Shown here piece after piece: positions 17,092 to 27,700 of a DNA stretch of 56,024 nucleotides. The notes beneath the pieces were generated by a model. The model made no database searches. It had not been told where the DNA came from and was given only the letters and a program-made list of their open reading frames with translations. A program made the position numbers and the translations under genes. The stretch is taken from the IMG/VR virus record IMGVR_UViG_3300005662_000052, positions 1 to 56,024 of that record. One strand, written 5' to 3'. The stretch is from a virus. Lineage: Duplodnaviria; Caudoviricetes. Each line of letters opens with the position of its first letter. Position 1 is the first letter of the stretch.

Positions 17092-20000
17092 TAATTACAA
17101 GAGATTTGAAAGTTTATACCAATATTTAATTTAAAATTAACATCTTCTTCGCTAACAGAACAAATTTTATTATACACCACTACTGTGTTATCACTATTAG
17201 TGAAATAATAACCATATCCATAACTATATAAAGAATTTAAACCATCGATTAATGCTAATGACCAATTTGTAGGTGTTGGTACACTTAAATTCGGGTCATT
17301 ATAACCATATCCAGTAAAAAATTCTCCACTATAGACAACAACATCATCTATTCTTATATCTATGAACCATGTTGAAATTATACTATTTAAAACACAATTA
17401 TTAATATCTAAAGAATTTGAATTTAAATAATTATTTAGTAACGTGGTCAATACCAAATTATATGCGTTTTGTGAGGTTCGATACTGAGTTATATTACACT
17501 GTATAGATTGAGTCGGACAATCATTATTTAATAAATTAGTCGTTAAATTACATGGTTTACAAGGTATTGGTATTAATTGACATCCTCTTTGTCTTCTCCA
17601 AACAAATTTTTGTCTATGAAATATTGAATTTTCATACCTAACTCCTGTATTCCATATTGTAGTTGCGGGAATCATTTGTTCAATTAACCTAATCCAATAA
17701 CTACCCAATCCGTTTACATAATCCATCATTGTTTGATATGTAAAATTATCGTTAGGTATATTAACAGTTTCATTAGACTCTAAATATTTCCAATATATAG
17801 ACTGTAATGTCGGATATCCACCGGTCTTACCGTCAGTAATAAATTGTCTATTTCTTACATTAATTGTGTTTTTCCAAAAAGTTTGTGCAAATTCAAAAAA
17901 TGTTCTTTTATTTGGTTGTGGATTTATCTCAGTCCAATCTATACCCCCTCTTTGAGGGTATGGTGTATTTGGGTTTGGGTCGCAAGGTGTTGGTTGTACC
18001 CAATTTAAACCTTGATTCGGTATCGGATAATTAAATTCTTTAGACATTGACCAAACATCGTATACCAATCCTTGTGCTGGATTTAAAAATAAATCTACAT
18101 TTTTTACATTAATAACTAACCTATCATCTGATGTTTGATAAAGGGCGTTGAATGTACTATCTAAATTAGACCTTAATCCAACTTCATAATCCGCCCAACT
18201 CTTATTATTGTCAACTTGTTTAATTAACTTAAACCCTAAATCCATGAATGGAAAATTCTTATATTTTTCTAAATAAATTTCACCATAAGTATAAGGTGAT
18301 AAGATAGTTTGATAATTGGGGTTCTGACCTGTAAATACACTATTTGTAATATCAACGATTTCAGGTGCTCTATGTTGAGGTGTTTGTTCGAACCATCCAC
18401 TACCCATTTGAAAGAAGTAGTTTTCTCCGTTTTCAATTGCCGATGGATAACCTTCATCATCAATAGGAAATTCGTCAGATGTTATATTAGCATCCTTAAT
18501 TATTGTTGTTGTGGTAAATCCGGTGTATTCAATCCCTTGAATTTTGAATAGGTTAGCCGGGTCTAAACTTGGTAATTCTTGTACATAAGTTCCTCCCGAT
18601 ATTCTAACATATTGTTGTTCAAATTGAGATAAATTAATTTTTTGGTCGGCAACATAAACATATTCGTTAAAATCTATTAAAGCGTCTGGCGCTCCAATTA
18701 ACCTTAATAAAATCTCTATCGATTTTCTAGTTCCTTTAGATTTAAAAAGGTAAGCGGAATTTAAAATTAAATTTCTATAAAATTGATAATTAAGTTCGTC
18801 AGGTGTTTGAGATATTGGAACTCCCTCATAAACTGATTTTTGTAAATTTTTTTGACCGAAAACTGAAGATAATAAATCATCATTACTAATTGGTGAGATG
18901 TTAGTATTCCACCCTAATGTTTGAGCTAAATTTTTAAGTAATTGTGAAGGTATATCATCACCAACATTATAATTTACAGATGTCATAAATGATAATGAAG
19001 ACACAAATTTTTGTGTTTCATCAAAACTTCTACCATAAATCTGTAGAACTTTTTCCATTTTTTGACCGACAGTATCAAATTCTTTAAAGGCTCCGGTTGT
19101 CATGAACCTAGAAATTAAATTGGTTCTAAACAAATCGAAAAATTCACTTATTTGATTCAACTCATCAAGATAAGATGTAAAACTTTCGGTTAAAATATCT
19201 AAATTCCAATCACCATAAAGAGGCCACGTTACCGTACTTTTTTCCACGTAATATGTCCCATCATTACTTTCTGTCGGTACGTTAAATGTTGCGGTGTATA
19301 TCGGGCTTACAGTTCTATTTAATAGAAAATTTTCAACCTCGTCTAAATTTTCTTTAAATACTTTATTAACTTCATAGTCATTAGGTCTGAGAACTAAATT
19401 ATCGTAAATTAATGTTTCGCCAGAAAAAAGATTCCCTGAAACATAAAATTTTAAAACTCCATTAGTTAAAGAATCTGTTGGGTCAATTCCTTTTAGTTCA
19501 TATCCAATACCTTTATAGTATAAAGAATATTTGGTGTAATTATTTGTTAAATCTCTTAATTCTGAAACTTCCATTTCTCTTAAAGAGATATTTCTTTGCG
19601 AGTTAAAAGTAAAATCAATGTCAAATGGGTTTCTAATTCTAGCTAAATCAAACTCTAAACTCGTTTCATCTCTTAATCCATCGTATTCGATGTTGTTTGC
19701 CGTAACACCAGTACTAATATCTAAACCAATAAAATTAGATTCTATACCTGCGGGAAAATAATTAATAATGTTTGTAATTGAGGTTGAAATTCTTTTAACT
19801 AATGAACCATAAAGTGTGAATGTCGAAACTTGTGATAAATCAAAATTAGGATATACTTTAAATGTATTTTCAACAATCGTTTTAGATTGAGTAATATTTT
19901 CGATTTTTAACGAATCGAGACTTATAGGCCCTGAAAAAGTACCCGTTCCAAAATTTCTATTTGTCTTCTCTGTTACGGATTCAACAAATTCAAAATTACC

Positions 20001-20108
20001 CTGTGTTAAACCTCCCCCTTGTACTAATTGGAAACCAACTAGATTATCGGAAAAAGTTCCTTGTCCAGATGCTGTTTGTGGGGGGCAAGTAAATTTATTA
20101 CGACTCAT
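17091..20108 (-). CDS. baseplate wedge protein (T4 gp7/P2 gpI-like)
   Basis: LKNLAQTLGW and YLFKSKGTRKSIEILLRLIG motif; downstream of gp25/gp6-like genes. Confidence 0.62.
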   Translation of the reverse strand: MSRNKFTCPPQTASGQGTFSDNLVGFQLVQGGGLTQGNFEFVESVTEKTNRNFGTGTFSGPISLDSLKIENITQSKTIVENTFKVYPNFDLSQVSTFTLYGSLVKRISTSITNIINYFPAGIESNFIGLDISTGVTANNIEYDGLRDETSLEFDLARIRNPFDIDFTFNSQRNISLREMEVSELRDLTNNYTKYSLYYKGIGYELKGIDPTDSLTNGVLKFYVSGNLFSGETLIYDNLVLRPNDYEVNKVFKENLDEVENFLLNRTVSPIYTATFNVPTESNDGTYYVEKSTVTWPLYGDWNLDILTESFTSYLDELNQISEFFDLFRTNLISRFMTTGAFKEFDTVGQKMEKVLQIYGRSFDETQKFVSSLSFMTSVNYNVGDDIPSQLLKNLAQTLGWNTNISPISNDDLLSSVFGQKNLQKSVYEGVPISQTPDELNYQFYRNLILNSAYLFKSKGTRKSIEILLRLIGAPDALIDFNEYVYVADQKINLSQFEQQYVRISGGTYVQELPSLDPANLFKIQGIEYTGFTTTTIIKDANITSDEFPIDDEGYPSAIENGENYFFQMGSGWFEQTPQHRAPEIVDITNSVFTGQNPNYQTILSPYTYGEIYLEKYKNFPFMDLGFKLIKQVDNNKSWADYEVGLRSNLDSTFNALYQTSDDRLVINVKNVDLFLNPAQGLVYDVWSMSKEFNYPIPNQGLNWVQPTPCDPNPNTPYPQRGGIDWTEINPQPNKRTFFEFAQTFWKNTINVRNRQFITDGKTGGYPTLQSIYWKYLESNETVNIPNDNFTYQTMMDYVNGLGSYWIRLIEQMIPATTIWNTGVRYENSIFHRQKFVWRRQRGCQLIPIPCKPCNLTTNLLNNDCPTQSIQCNITQYRTSQNAYNLVLTTLLNNYLNSNSLDINNCVLNSIISTWFIDIRIDDVVVYSGEFFTGYGYNDPNLSVPTPTNWSLALIDGLNSLYSYGYGYYFTNSDNTVVVYNKICSVSEEDVNFKLNIGINFQISCN

Positions 20109-21016
20109 TACTGTGTTATATTTGTAAAGTTTTTACTGAAATCAATGTTATTACCTCTATCTTGTCTAACTTCATATAACAATTTATTAAATTGGTCTCT
20201 AACTTCGTATAAATTGTATTGTTTATAAATATTGTTATTTGTGTCGTATATTGTGTAAATACCGTCATCCATAGATTTAGTTTGATTACCGAGCAACGCT
20301 ATCGCCATAGTTGAGAAGTCGTGTTCAGCAATCTCAATGTCTAAAGATATTGGATTAAAAAAAGTATTTGTTATAATAATATTTTGGTCAGGTTGTCCTA
20401 TAAATGGAACTGAGCTAGGTTTGTTTGTTGGTGCCGATGAAGGTGATAAAGTACAAAAAATAAGATTACTATTACCGTCAGTATATCTATATCTGATAGA
20501 TTTTTGTGATGTATTTGTTAAATTTAACACAACCGGTTCGCAAAAGAATGATGATGTTATTAATCTATAAAAATTAGGTATTTTAGTACCGTCAGAATTA
20601 AGATATTCTACTCTAAAACCAACAAGACCTTGATTAACAAATTTATTTCTATATCCCGCGGGCACGGCGTTTAAATCTATTACCAATCCTCTAACATTTG
20701 GTAACGCAGATAATATACCACAATCCAATATTTTTGTTCTAATTTGTGCGGGTCTTATCATTAATGTATAAATCCCTATTTTATTAAATTGTTCCGCAGG
20801 TAATCTTAAATTATATAAACCACCTAAAATTTCAACATTCGCATTTCCTCCCGTATTGTTGTTATTAAAATATGGCTTTAAAATAGCATTAGCATCTAAT
20901 TTAGTTAATAAAAAATTTTGCGTTTCATCTCTTGACGGTGTGTAGTTCAAAATTATCTCAACATCTTCCGGTGATACATCTGCCGGCCTTATTGTCCCAT
21001 ATGTTCCTGTTGCCAT
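20108..21016 (-). CDS. putative virion structural protein (302 aa)
   Basis: Translationally coupled within the baseplate operon; no specific motif. Confidence 0.7.
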   Translation of the reverse strand: MATGTYGTIRPADVSPEDVEIILNYTPSRDETQNFLLTKLDANAILKPYFNNNNTGGNANVEILGGLYNLRLPAEQFNKIGIYTLMIRPAQIRTKILDCGILSALPNVRGLVIDLNAVPAGYRNKFVNQGLVGFRVEYLNSDGTKIPNFYRLITSSFFCEPVVLNLTNTSQKSIRYRYTDGNSNLIFCTLSPSSAPTNKPSSVPFIGQPDQNIIITNTFFNPISLDIEIAEHDFSTMAIALLGNQTKSMDDGIYTIYDTNNNIYKQYNLYEVRDQFNKLLYEVRQDRGNNIDFSKNFTNITQ

Positions 21017-21020
21017 ATTA

Positions 21021-22175
21021 TTAAATTATATTAAAAAACTTATATCCATATTTAACTAAATCTCCAACATTATCAACTTCTCCGAGTCTTTGGAAAGATT
21101 CTAATGCGGAACGTTTCCCTCGTTCTATAAATACACCAGAATAAATTTCTGGCGGAGATATTACATTCAATAACGCCTCATTTTTTGTAATTCCTGAACA
21201 AACCAACATATCAGGAATAATTCCTGAAGAATATGTTGCAAATATTGTAGTACCATCGAAAAAATCATAATAATCAATTCCATTTACCGTATATGCAGTA
21301 TATAACCCTGACGGGTCCGCTCCATAATACGTACCGACAACATTAGATGTTCCTGTGACTTGAATACCTATTTTAAACTTTGGGGTACCATATTGTTCTA
21401 AATCATTTAACGTTGATTTTGTGTAACCGGTTATTAAAAAAGGTACGGTTGTGTAATTACTACTTATTTGCGAATCTTCGTCACAGACAGAATCCCCACT
21501 AAATAAATAATCGTATGATATTGGTGTTCCCGACCAATTACCCCCTGAAGGATAAAAATACGCCGTACCATATTCATTGTCAATTGTAACTGATGAATAA
21601 GGTACATATATATCTTTTTTAATTAAATTAATACCCCAAGGGCTCATTCCGGATAACGTTATGGTATATTTACCCGTAGCTCCGTAAGTGTGTGAATAAC
21701 CAACAATAGTTGAATTAACGACTTGTCCTGGTGTCCCGTCTCCCCAATCTACTTTGTAGTTTGAGAACTCCAAATATTTTTTAAATTCTCTATCCGATGT
21801 ATTGTAAAAATAATAAGTGTTTGGAGTGTCGGTTGATGATGAAAAAATAAAATTCGCCATCGTGTCTTGTTGATTTATTATCCCGTCAAAAATAGTATAA
21901 TAACCTATATCAACAGTGTTTTCAGTTAAAAAAATTGGTATTGTTAAACCTGTCAATATTGATGTTCCGTTAGTTCCTCCCGATAATATTTCAGTCATTG
22001 AAGAATAAACGTAAGTTATTCCTGAGATTCTTTGCGTTGTTGTGGTTGTCGTTAGGTCGCAGCACTCATCATCAATTACATCTGGAATTATAGTTCCTCC
22101 GTACCAAACCGCCGGAAATATTTTATTACTAATATTTTCGGGTGAAATCCTTATATTAAAAATTCTTTCGTCCAT
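21021..22175 (-). CDS. putative structural protein with a PKD-like domain
   Basis: YKVDWGDGT...SHTYGATGKYTITL PKD signature. Confidence 0.72.
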   Translation of the reverse strand: MDERIFNIRISPENISNKIFPAVWYGGTIIPDVIDDECCDLTTTTTTQRISGITYVYSSMTEILSGGTNGTSILTGLTIPIFLTENTVDIGYYTIFDGIINQQDTMANFIFSSSTDTPNTYYFYNTSDREFKKYLEFSNYKVDWGDGTPGQVVNSTIVGYSHTYGATGKYTITLSGMSPWGINLIKKDIYVPYSSVTIDNEYGTAYFYPSGGNWSGTPISYDYLFSGDSVCDEDSQISSNYTTVPFLITGYTKSTLNDLEQYGTPKFKIGIQVTGTSNVVGTYYGADPSGLYTAYTVNGIDYYDFFDGTTIFATYSSGIIPDMLVCSGITKNEALLNVISPPEIYSGVFIERGKRSALESFQRLGEVDNVGDLVKYGYKFFNII

Positions 22176-22984
22176 TATTGAGGTGGATTAACATATTCAT
22201 ACCATTTAATAGGTGTGGTAGTTCCAACCCTATTATTTGATTCGTTAAATACTTTATAAGTTTTTGTATTATAGTCTAAAGAAACTCTATAATAAAAATA
22301 ATCATTTCCGTTAAATGAAAATTTATTAGGTAAAGTCGATTGTGGTTTATTCATCATTTTAACAAAAACACCTAATCTACCATCAAAAAATTTCGCACTC
22401 ATATAAAAAGTTTCAAGGTTTAGAAATTCAAGATTCCTTAACCAATAAATAAAAAACCCTTCTTTGTCTCCAACAAAATCTAATTTATATGACGGTTTCT
22501 TTATTAGTATATTATTAAATGGTGGTGTTGGTGATACGTTAGCAAATTCACTATCCCCTTGTTGTACCGGTATTATTATTGTAAAATAATTTTTTTGAGT
22601 TACATTGTCTTTTGTATCATAAAAATCCAATTTAAAAAAAGATTTTGTAAATGGTTTTGAAAAGTAGAAGATTTCTTTTGCGGTAAATCCTTCCGCCAAA
22701 TAACTATTTACCCAACTAGCATCCGTTGCGGTTGTCACTGTTGTAGGGTTACCACTAAAAAAATAAAAATTATATTTAATATTTGTTTGACTATATGGTG
22801 TGTACTCATCGTGAGAGAATCGAGCAATTTCAAAATCTTCGGGTAAACCTATAACTTCTTCAAGTACAGTATATTGGTACTCGTCAATAGCATCTGTTCT
22901 ACCTTCAAAATCCCATTTGATTTCAACGGGTAAATCAATACCTCTATCAGTTTCTTGTATTGTAAAATAATATTTGTTATTCAC
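22175..22984 (-). CDS. putative structural protein (269 aa)
   Basis: Coupled ORF in the baseplate operon, aromatic/beta-rich. Confidence 0.7.
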   Translation of the reverse strand: MNNKYYFTIQETDRGIDLPVEIKWDFEGRTDAIDEYQYTVLEEVIGLPEDFEIARFSHDEYTPYSQTNIKYNFYFFSGNPTTVTTATDASWVNSYLAEGFTAKEIFYFSKPFTKSFFKLDFYDTKDNVTQKNYFTIIIPVQQGDSEFANVSPTPPFNNILIKKPSYKLDFVGDKEGFFIYWLRNLEFLNLETFYMSAKFFDGRLGVFVKMMNKPQSTLPNKFSFNGNDYFYYRVSLDYNTKTYKVFNESNNRVGTTTPIKWYEYVNPPQ

Positions 22985-24707
22985 AGTTATCTATTGTTGG
23001 TTGTTGGGTTATTTGATATCCATAATTATAATTAGTACCTTCAGGAATTATTCTAAATATATAATTATCATAAGGATAATGTGTACCATTTAAAAATGGA
23101 AAATTAGTACCTATTCCTTCACTATCAATAAATCCATATGGATACAAGTCTCTCCATATAAAAACATTTTTATTAGTTGAGTAATAAGAGTAATTAGGTA
23201 TATCATCCACATTTTTAACGGAACCTTCTTCAATATAATCAGAAAAGTCTCTAATTTTTATAGGGTGATGTACTTTATAATAATACCCTAAACCTAACGA
23301 ATCAACCGGTTTAAAATTACTATTATTGAATTTAAATCTATGGTGTAGATTTGAAATCACTCTTTCTTTTTGTTCATAATCGTTCCATTCACAATATTCT
23401 CCGTCAATTGTACTTCCGCTTCTTAAATCATCTGTGTATATAAATTTAGGCGTCCAATTACTTTTTGTATAATTTTTTAATGGTAAATTTGTTTTTGATT
23501 TGGAGTTTGTATCGTCCCACCATGATGTTGGTTGGCCACTAGGTAATAACGGTAAATTAAACTCCCATCCTTGTTGTTTTGCACCACCCGTCCATCCGAA
23601 ATATCCTTTCCATAAAACAGTAAAATAGAAATGCGATATTGGTCTTTTTTGGTTATCTATTAACGGGTATATGTCAAAATCTCTGTTAAAAGATAAAGTA
23701 TAAGATTGTCCGCCTTCTTTTATAGAAACTCTGGATTGTTTGTTTGGGGTGTATTGTTTGCTTTCATATTTTTTGGTTATCCCAAAAACACTTTCTTCAA
23801 ATCCACACTTTGTTAACACACTATCGGTAGTGTTGGTTAAAATTTTATGTCTTCTAACATAATATTTAGAAGTTGTGTCGGATTGTTCATCACCTAATAT
23901 AACTCTTTTAAATGTTCCACTCACCCCATCGTTAAATGTAGTTCCAGTATACCCGACATTTACTATATTAAAATAGTAATCAGAATTACCAAAATAGTCA
24001 TCCCCTAATGAGTCCACTTGAAATAAATCAACTCCGTTGTATAATATATTCAATTTTACAAACTCTCCAACGGATAATCCGTGTTTCATTGGACATCTAA
24101 ATCTAATAATGTTTAATCCATTTAAACTTGAGTTTGTTATCACAAATGGTATTCCGCTAGAACAAGTCCAATTAATTGTTTGTTGGGTTTCATTATCGTA
24201 AAAACTCATTTGTTTATTGTAATTATTTTCAAACGGATATGATAAATAAAATGTCCAATTATATGTTGAAGCGCTTTTTGCGGTAAATAAAATATGTTCT
24301 CCAGGTGGTTGAGTGTACCCTGTTAAGTTATAATCGTTTCTAATAAAATCAAATTCGTTATATTGCGGATAACCTGACCAAATAATACTTTCATTTATTG
24401 GACAATTTTGTAATGCAGATATTTTCTCATTTATATAAAACAAATTATTCTTAAAAGGGGTGTAAGTACTGTATCCAACATAAGAATTTTTAAATAAAAC
24501 CATAAATTTACAACTAGGTCTAAAGATTGTGGATGTTTGTCTTTCTGACTCAAATACATCCGCTAATGAAACATCAATTGTTCTATCAAATTCAGTGTTT
24601 TGTTTTGTAGTATTCACTAATGGAACACTAAAGATATAATCAGTATTAGACGCCGTTTTAAATTTTAACGAACTTAATATTACTTTATTTTCATTTGTAT
24701 TACCCAT
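22977..24707 (-). CDS. putative structural protein (576 aa)
   Basis: Coupled ORF in the baseplate operon. Confidence 0.7.
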   Translation of the reverse strand: MGNTNENKVILSSLKFKTASNTDYIFSVPLVNTTKQNTEFDRTIDVSLADVFESERQTSTIFRPSCKFMVLFKNSYVGYSTYTPFKNNLFYINEKISALQNCPINESIIWSGYPQYNEFDFIRNDYNLTGYTQPPGEHILFTAKSASTYNWTFYLSYPFENNYNKQMSFYDNETQQTINWTCSSGIPFVITNSSLNGLNIIRFRCPMKHGLSVGEFVKLNILYNGVDLFQVDSLGDDYFGNSDYYFNIVNVGYTGTTFNDGVSGTFKRVILGDEQSDTTSKYYVRRHKILTNTTDSVLTKCGFEESVFGITKKYESKQYTPNKQSRVSIKEGGQSYTLSFNRDFDIYPLIDNQKRPISHFYFTVLWKGYFGWTGGAKQQGWEFNLPLLPSGQPTSWWDDTNSKSKTNLPLKNYTKSNWTPKFIYTDDLRSGSTIDGEYCEWNDYEQKERVISNLHHRFKFNNSNFKPVDSLGLGYYYKVHHPIKIRDFSDYIEEGSVKNVDDIPNYSYYSTNKNVFIWRDLYPYGFIDSEGIGTNFPFLNGTHYPYDNYIFRIIPEGTNYNYGYQITQQPTIDNCE

Positions 24708-24708
24708 T

Positions 24709-27700
24709 TTATTCTATATTAATCTCGGTATTAACCCATTTAGTTAAAAATCTATCAAATGCTGTTTTACCTTTTTTAAGTCCAAAGTAAAAATGTTGTG
24801 GTGCCCCAACCGTAACCGTTCTTGGTTGTCCCGCATTACCTTCTTGGTTTGAGACACTCGCGGATATATTACCACTAGAGTCAACAACGTATATATAACC
24901 TTTAAAATATTGTGTTTGTAATGTAGTTGCCGGCCTAACATATCTTGATGATGAATTAACTCTATCCATCTCTTGATAATTATATGACATAAAAGAGTTT
25001 CCAAAAATAGGATATGTGTACCATTCATTTTGTTGTGAACCGAATATACTATCAGAATCATTATTTTTCTTAATTTCCCATTGGTAAAATGGTACTTTTT
25101 GAGTAAACACTTTAATGTAACTAAACGCACAATCGCTAGATGGTCCTTCAGTTGGGTCTATTATGGTTCTTCTAGGTGAAATATAATCCCTTGTTTGAGT
25201 TTCAGACGAATAAAAAATTCCAATTACAACATCTGTTGCGTTACCGTTAGAAAAGATTGGATTTTGTCCTGAAGGTGAATCAGGATAATTAGCAGCTTCA
25301 AATGGAGATACTCCGGTCTCCGATTGAATTGAGATTAATTGAGAGTAGTCTCCGTCAACCATGTTTTTACTTCTACTATTAAAGTATGTGAAAATACCGG
25401 CATTATTCGTTCCTAGTAATTGTTGTAATACGTTTGAATTAACTAATCTACTTAAAATTAAATAATTTAAAATTTCAGAAACATCGGAATAAGTTGTTGA
25501 ATTTAATTTATCAACTACATAACCGTCATAATCATCGGACATAACTATTTCTTGTATATAAAGGTTTCTAGGGCCTAAATCCATAATTGTTGTTGGGAAT
25601 AACAAATTTCTTTTATTTCCATCCCCTCCTTGAGCTTGTGGCGCTCCTAAAAACTGTTTAGTTGTGGAATCGTAAGGACTACTTCTGTAATAAAAATTAT
25701 TGGTTGGGTGTAATATCACAGTGTCTTTACAATAGTCTGAATATGGTTCGGTTGTTTGAGTCCCAATTATTCTAAAAAATCTATCGTTTTTAATCGCAAA
25801 CGCGTATAATGTTCCATTTATCCAATTATTGGTGAAAATGTGTGACCATACATTTCTACAAGCCGCAAATGAAATTTGCATTCTTGTTGCCCATTCACCA
25901 ACCAGTTTTAAGTCTTTAAATAAACTTAAAAAAATTACAGTTACTAATACAAAACATCCTTTGTCGATAATATTGGTACCATTAACTCCATTCTTATAAC
26001 ATCCGTCTGACGTTGGTTTTACTTTAAAACTATTACTTGAGGTATCAAAATAGTAACATGAAAGTGGAACAAATCCGTCACAAGTTAATGAATCAAATAA
26101 TGCGTTTATTTGGCCTGTATTATCACTAGGGTCATCATCACTAGTTAATTGACTAGTTGGATTAGTTATTAAAACTCCTGCGGAATTATTAGTATATCCA
26201 CTATCACTAACATAATACGTGGCCAAGTTTAAATTATTTTGTAATGAGAAACTATTATTACCAATTTGTAAGGGATTTGTTGAGGTTGGTAGTCTATCTG
26301 ACCTCATTATTATTTGTCTACCGTTTGACCCTAAACTATAATTAATCGAAACTGAATTATATGTTGGGGCGTAATAATATGTTGTGGATTTAAGGGGGTC
26401 TGAAGGGTCTACAGTTAATATTTGATACATTGCAGAACCTCCCTCAACTCTTTCTCTATCGTAATAACCTCTATTTTCAACAACTAAGTTATTTGTATTA
26501 GAACTTAAAAAATTACAAGACCAATATGGTGGTGGAACGACAATAGATTTTTCTTGACCAATATAATTTGTTGGATAATTAATCATTAAGGAATCAAAAG
26601 TAGTGTCAAAAACAAAACTAACTAATGGTGCGGGAGCTCCTGGTGTAAAAAATGTTTGATTATTTCCTAATGAAGAATAATACTTAGGTAAATCTGAAGT
26701 AAACGCACTAAACGAGCCTGTACCTGCCGACGCAGGTTGAAATAAAAATGATTCGTAATATAAATCCTGATTAGAGTACGATGTATCTCCAGCCGAGGAT
26801 GAAGATATATTGTGGTCAACCGCCCTAAACCCTCCTTTAATTGGGTGGTTTAATTTATATTGACCGTTAATAAGTTTATTACCCCAAGAATTATAACCAA
26901 ATATTTTACTTAAATCGTAACTAACCGGCGTTCTTGTTGAATACGGGTCAACTCCTCTAACCAAAAATACAATAACTTGGTCTTTATAATCTAAAAATGA
27001 TGTTAAAGGATTCATTGAGATTGATTGTACGTAACATTTTGTTGTTGGATTAACAACCTCGAATCTCATGTTATTATTTAAAAATCTATCTCTAAAATTA
27101 TTAGGTAATTGTGACACACACTGACTGTTAAAATTATTATAAGTCATTGCGGTAATAACTTGGAAATACTCGATGTCCATTGCGAATTTTGCGTATGTAA
27201 AATCTGAGGTTTTACCTGTAATAGCGTATGTAACAACGTCTGTAGTATTTGCCGGTGTTGTATAAACAATATCAACTTCTCTATAAACCATTTGATTTGG
27301 TTCTGTTCCAAATATAGTCCCGACAGGTGTTCCTAAAATAGCGTTAGTCCCGTATTCATTGGTTTCCGCCCCTTTTAAATTAACATCTTTAGATAATTCA
27401 ATATTTTGGAAGGTGATTAATTGTCCGGTTTTAAAATTAGCCAATTTTGTTTTTTTACAAGATATTACAACAATATTATCCGTATGATATTTTATTGTAT
27501 TAGGTTCGAAAGAAACTTTTATTTGGTTAACCCCTCCGTAAGGATTATCGGCAGCATTTTCAAAATATTTTGCTTTGGTATTAAATAGATTTATTCTCTC
27601 AGCTAAAGTTAAACTAGATGTGAAAATAGAATTTGTCTCATAACCTCCTAATTGTGGTGCTAACGCGGTTGGTGGTCCTGAGATATTTGTCGCGTTGGTT

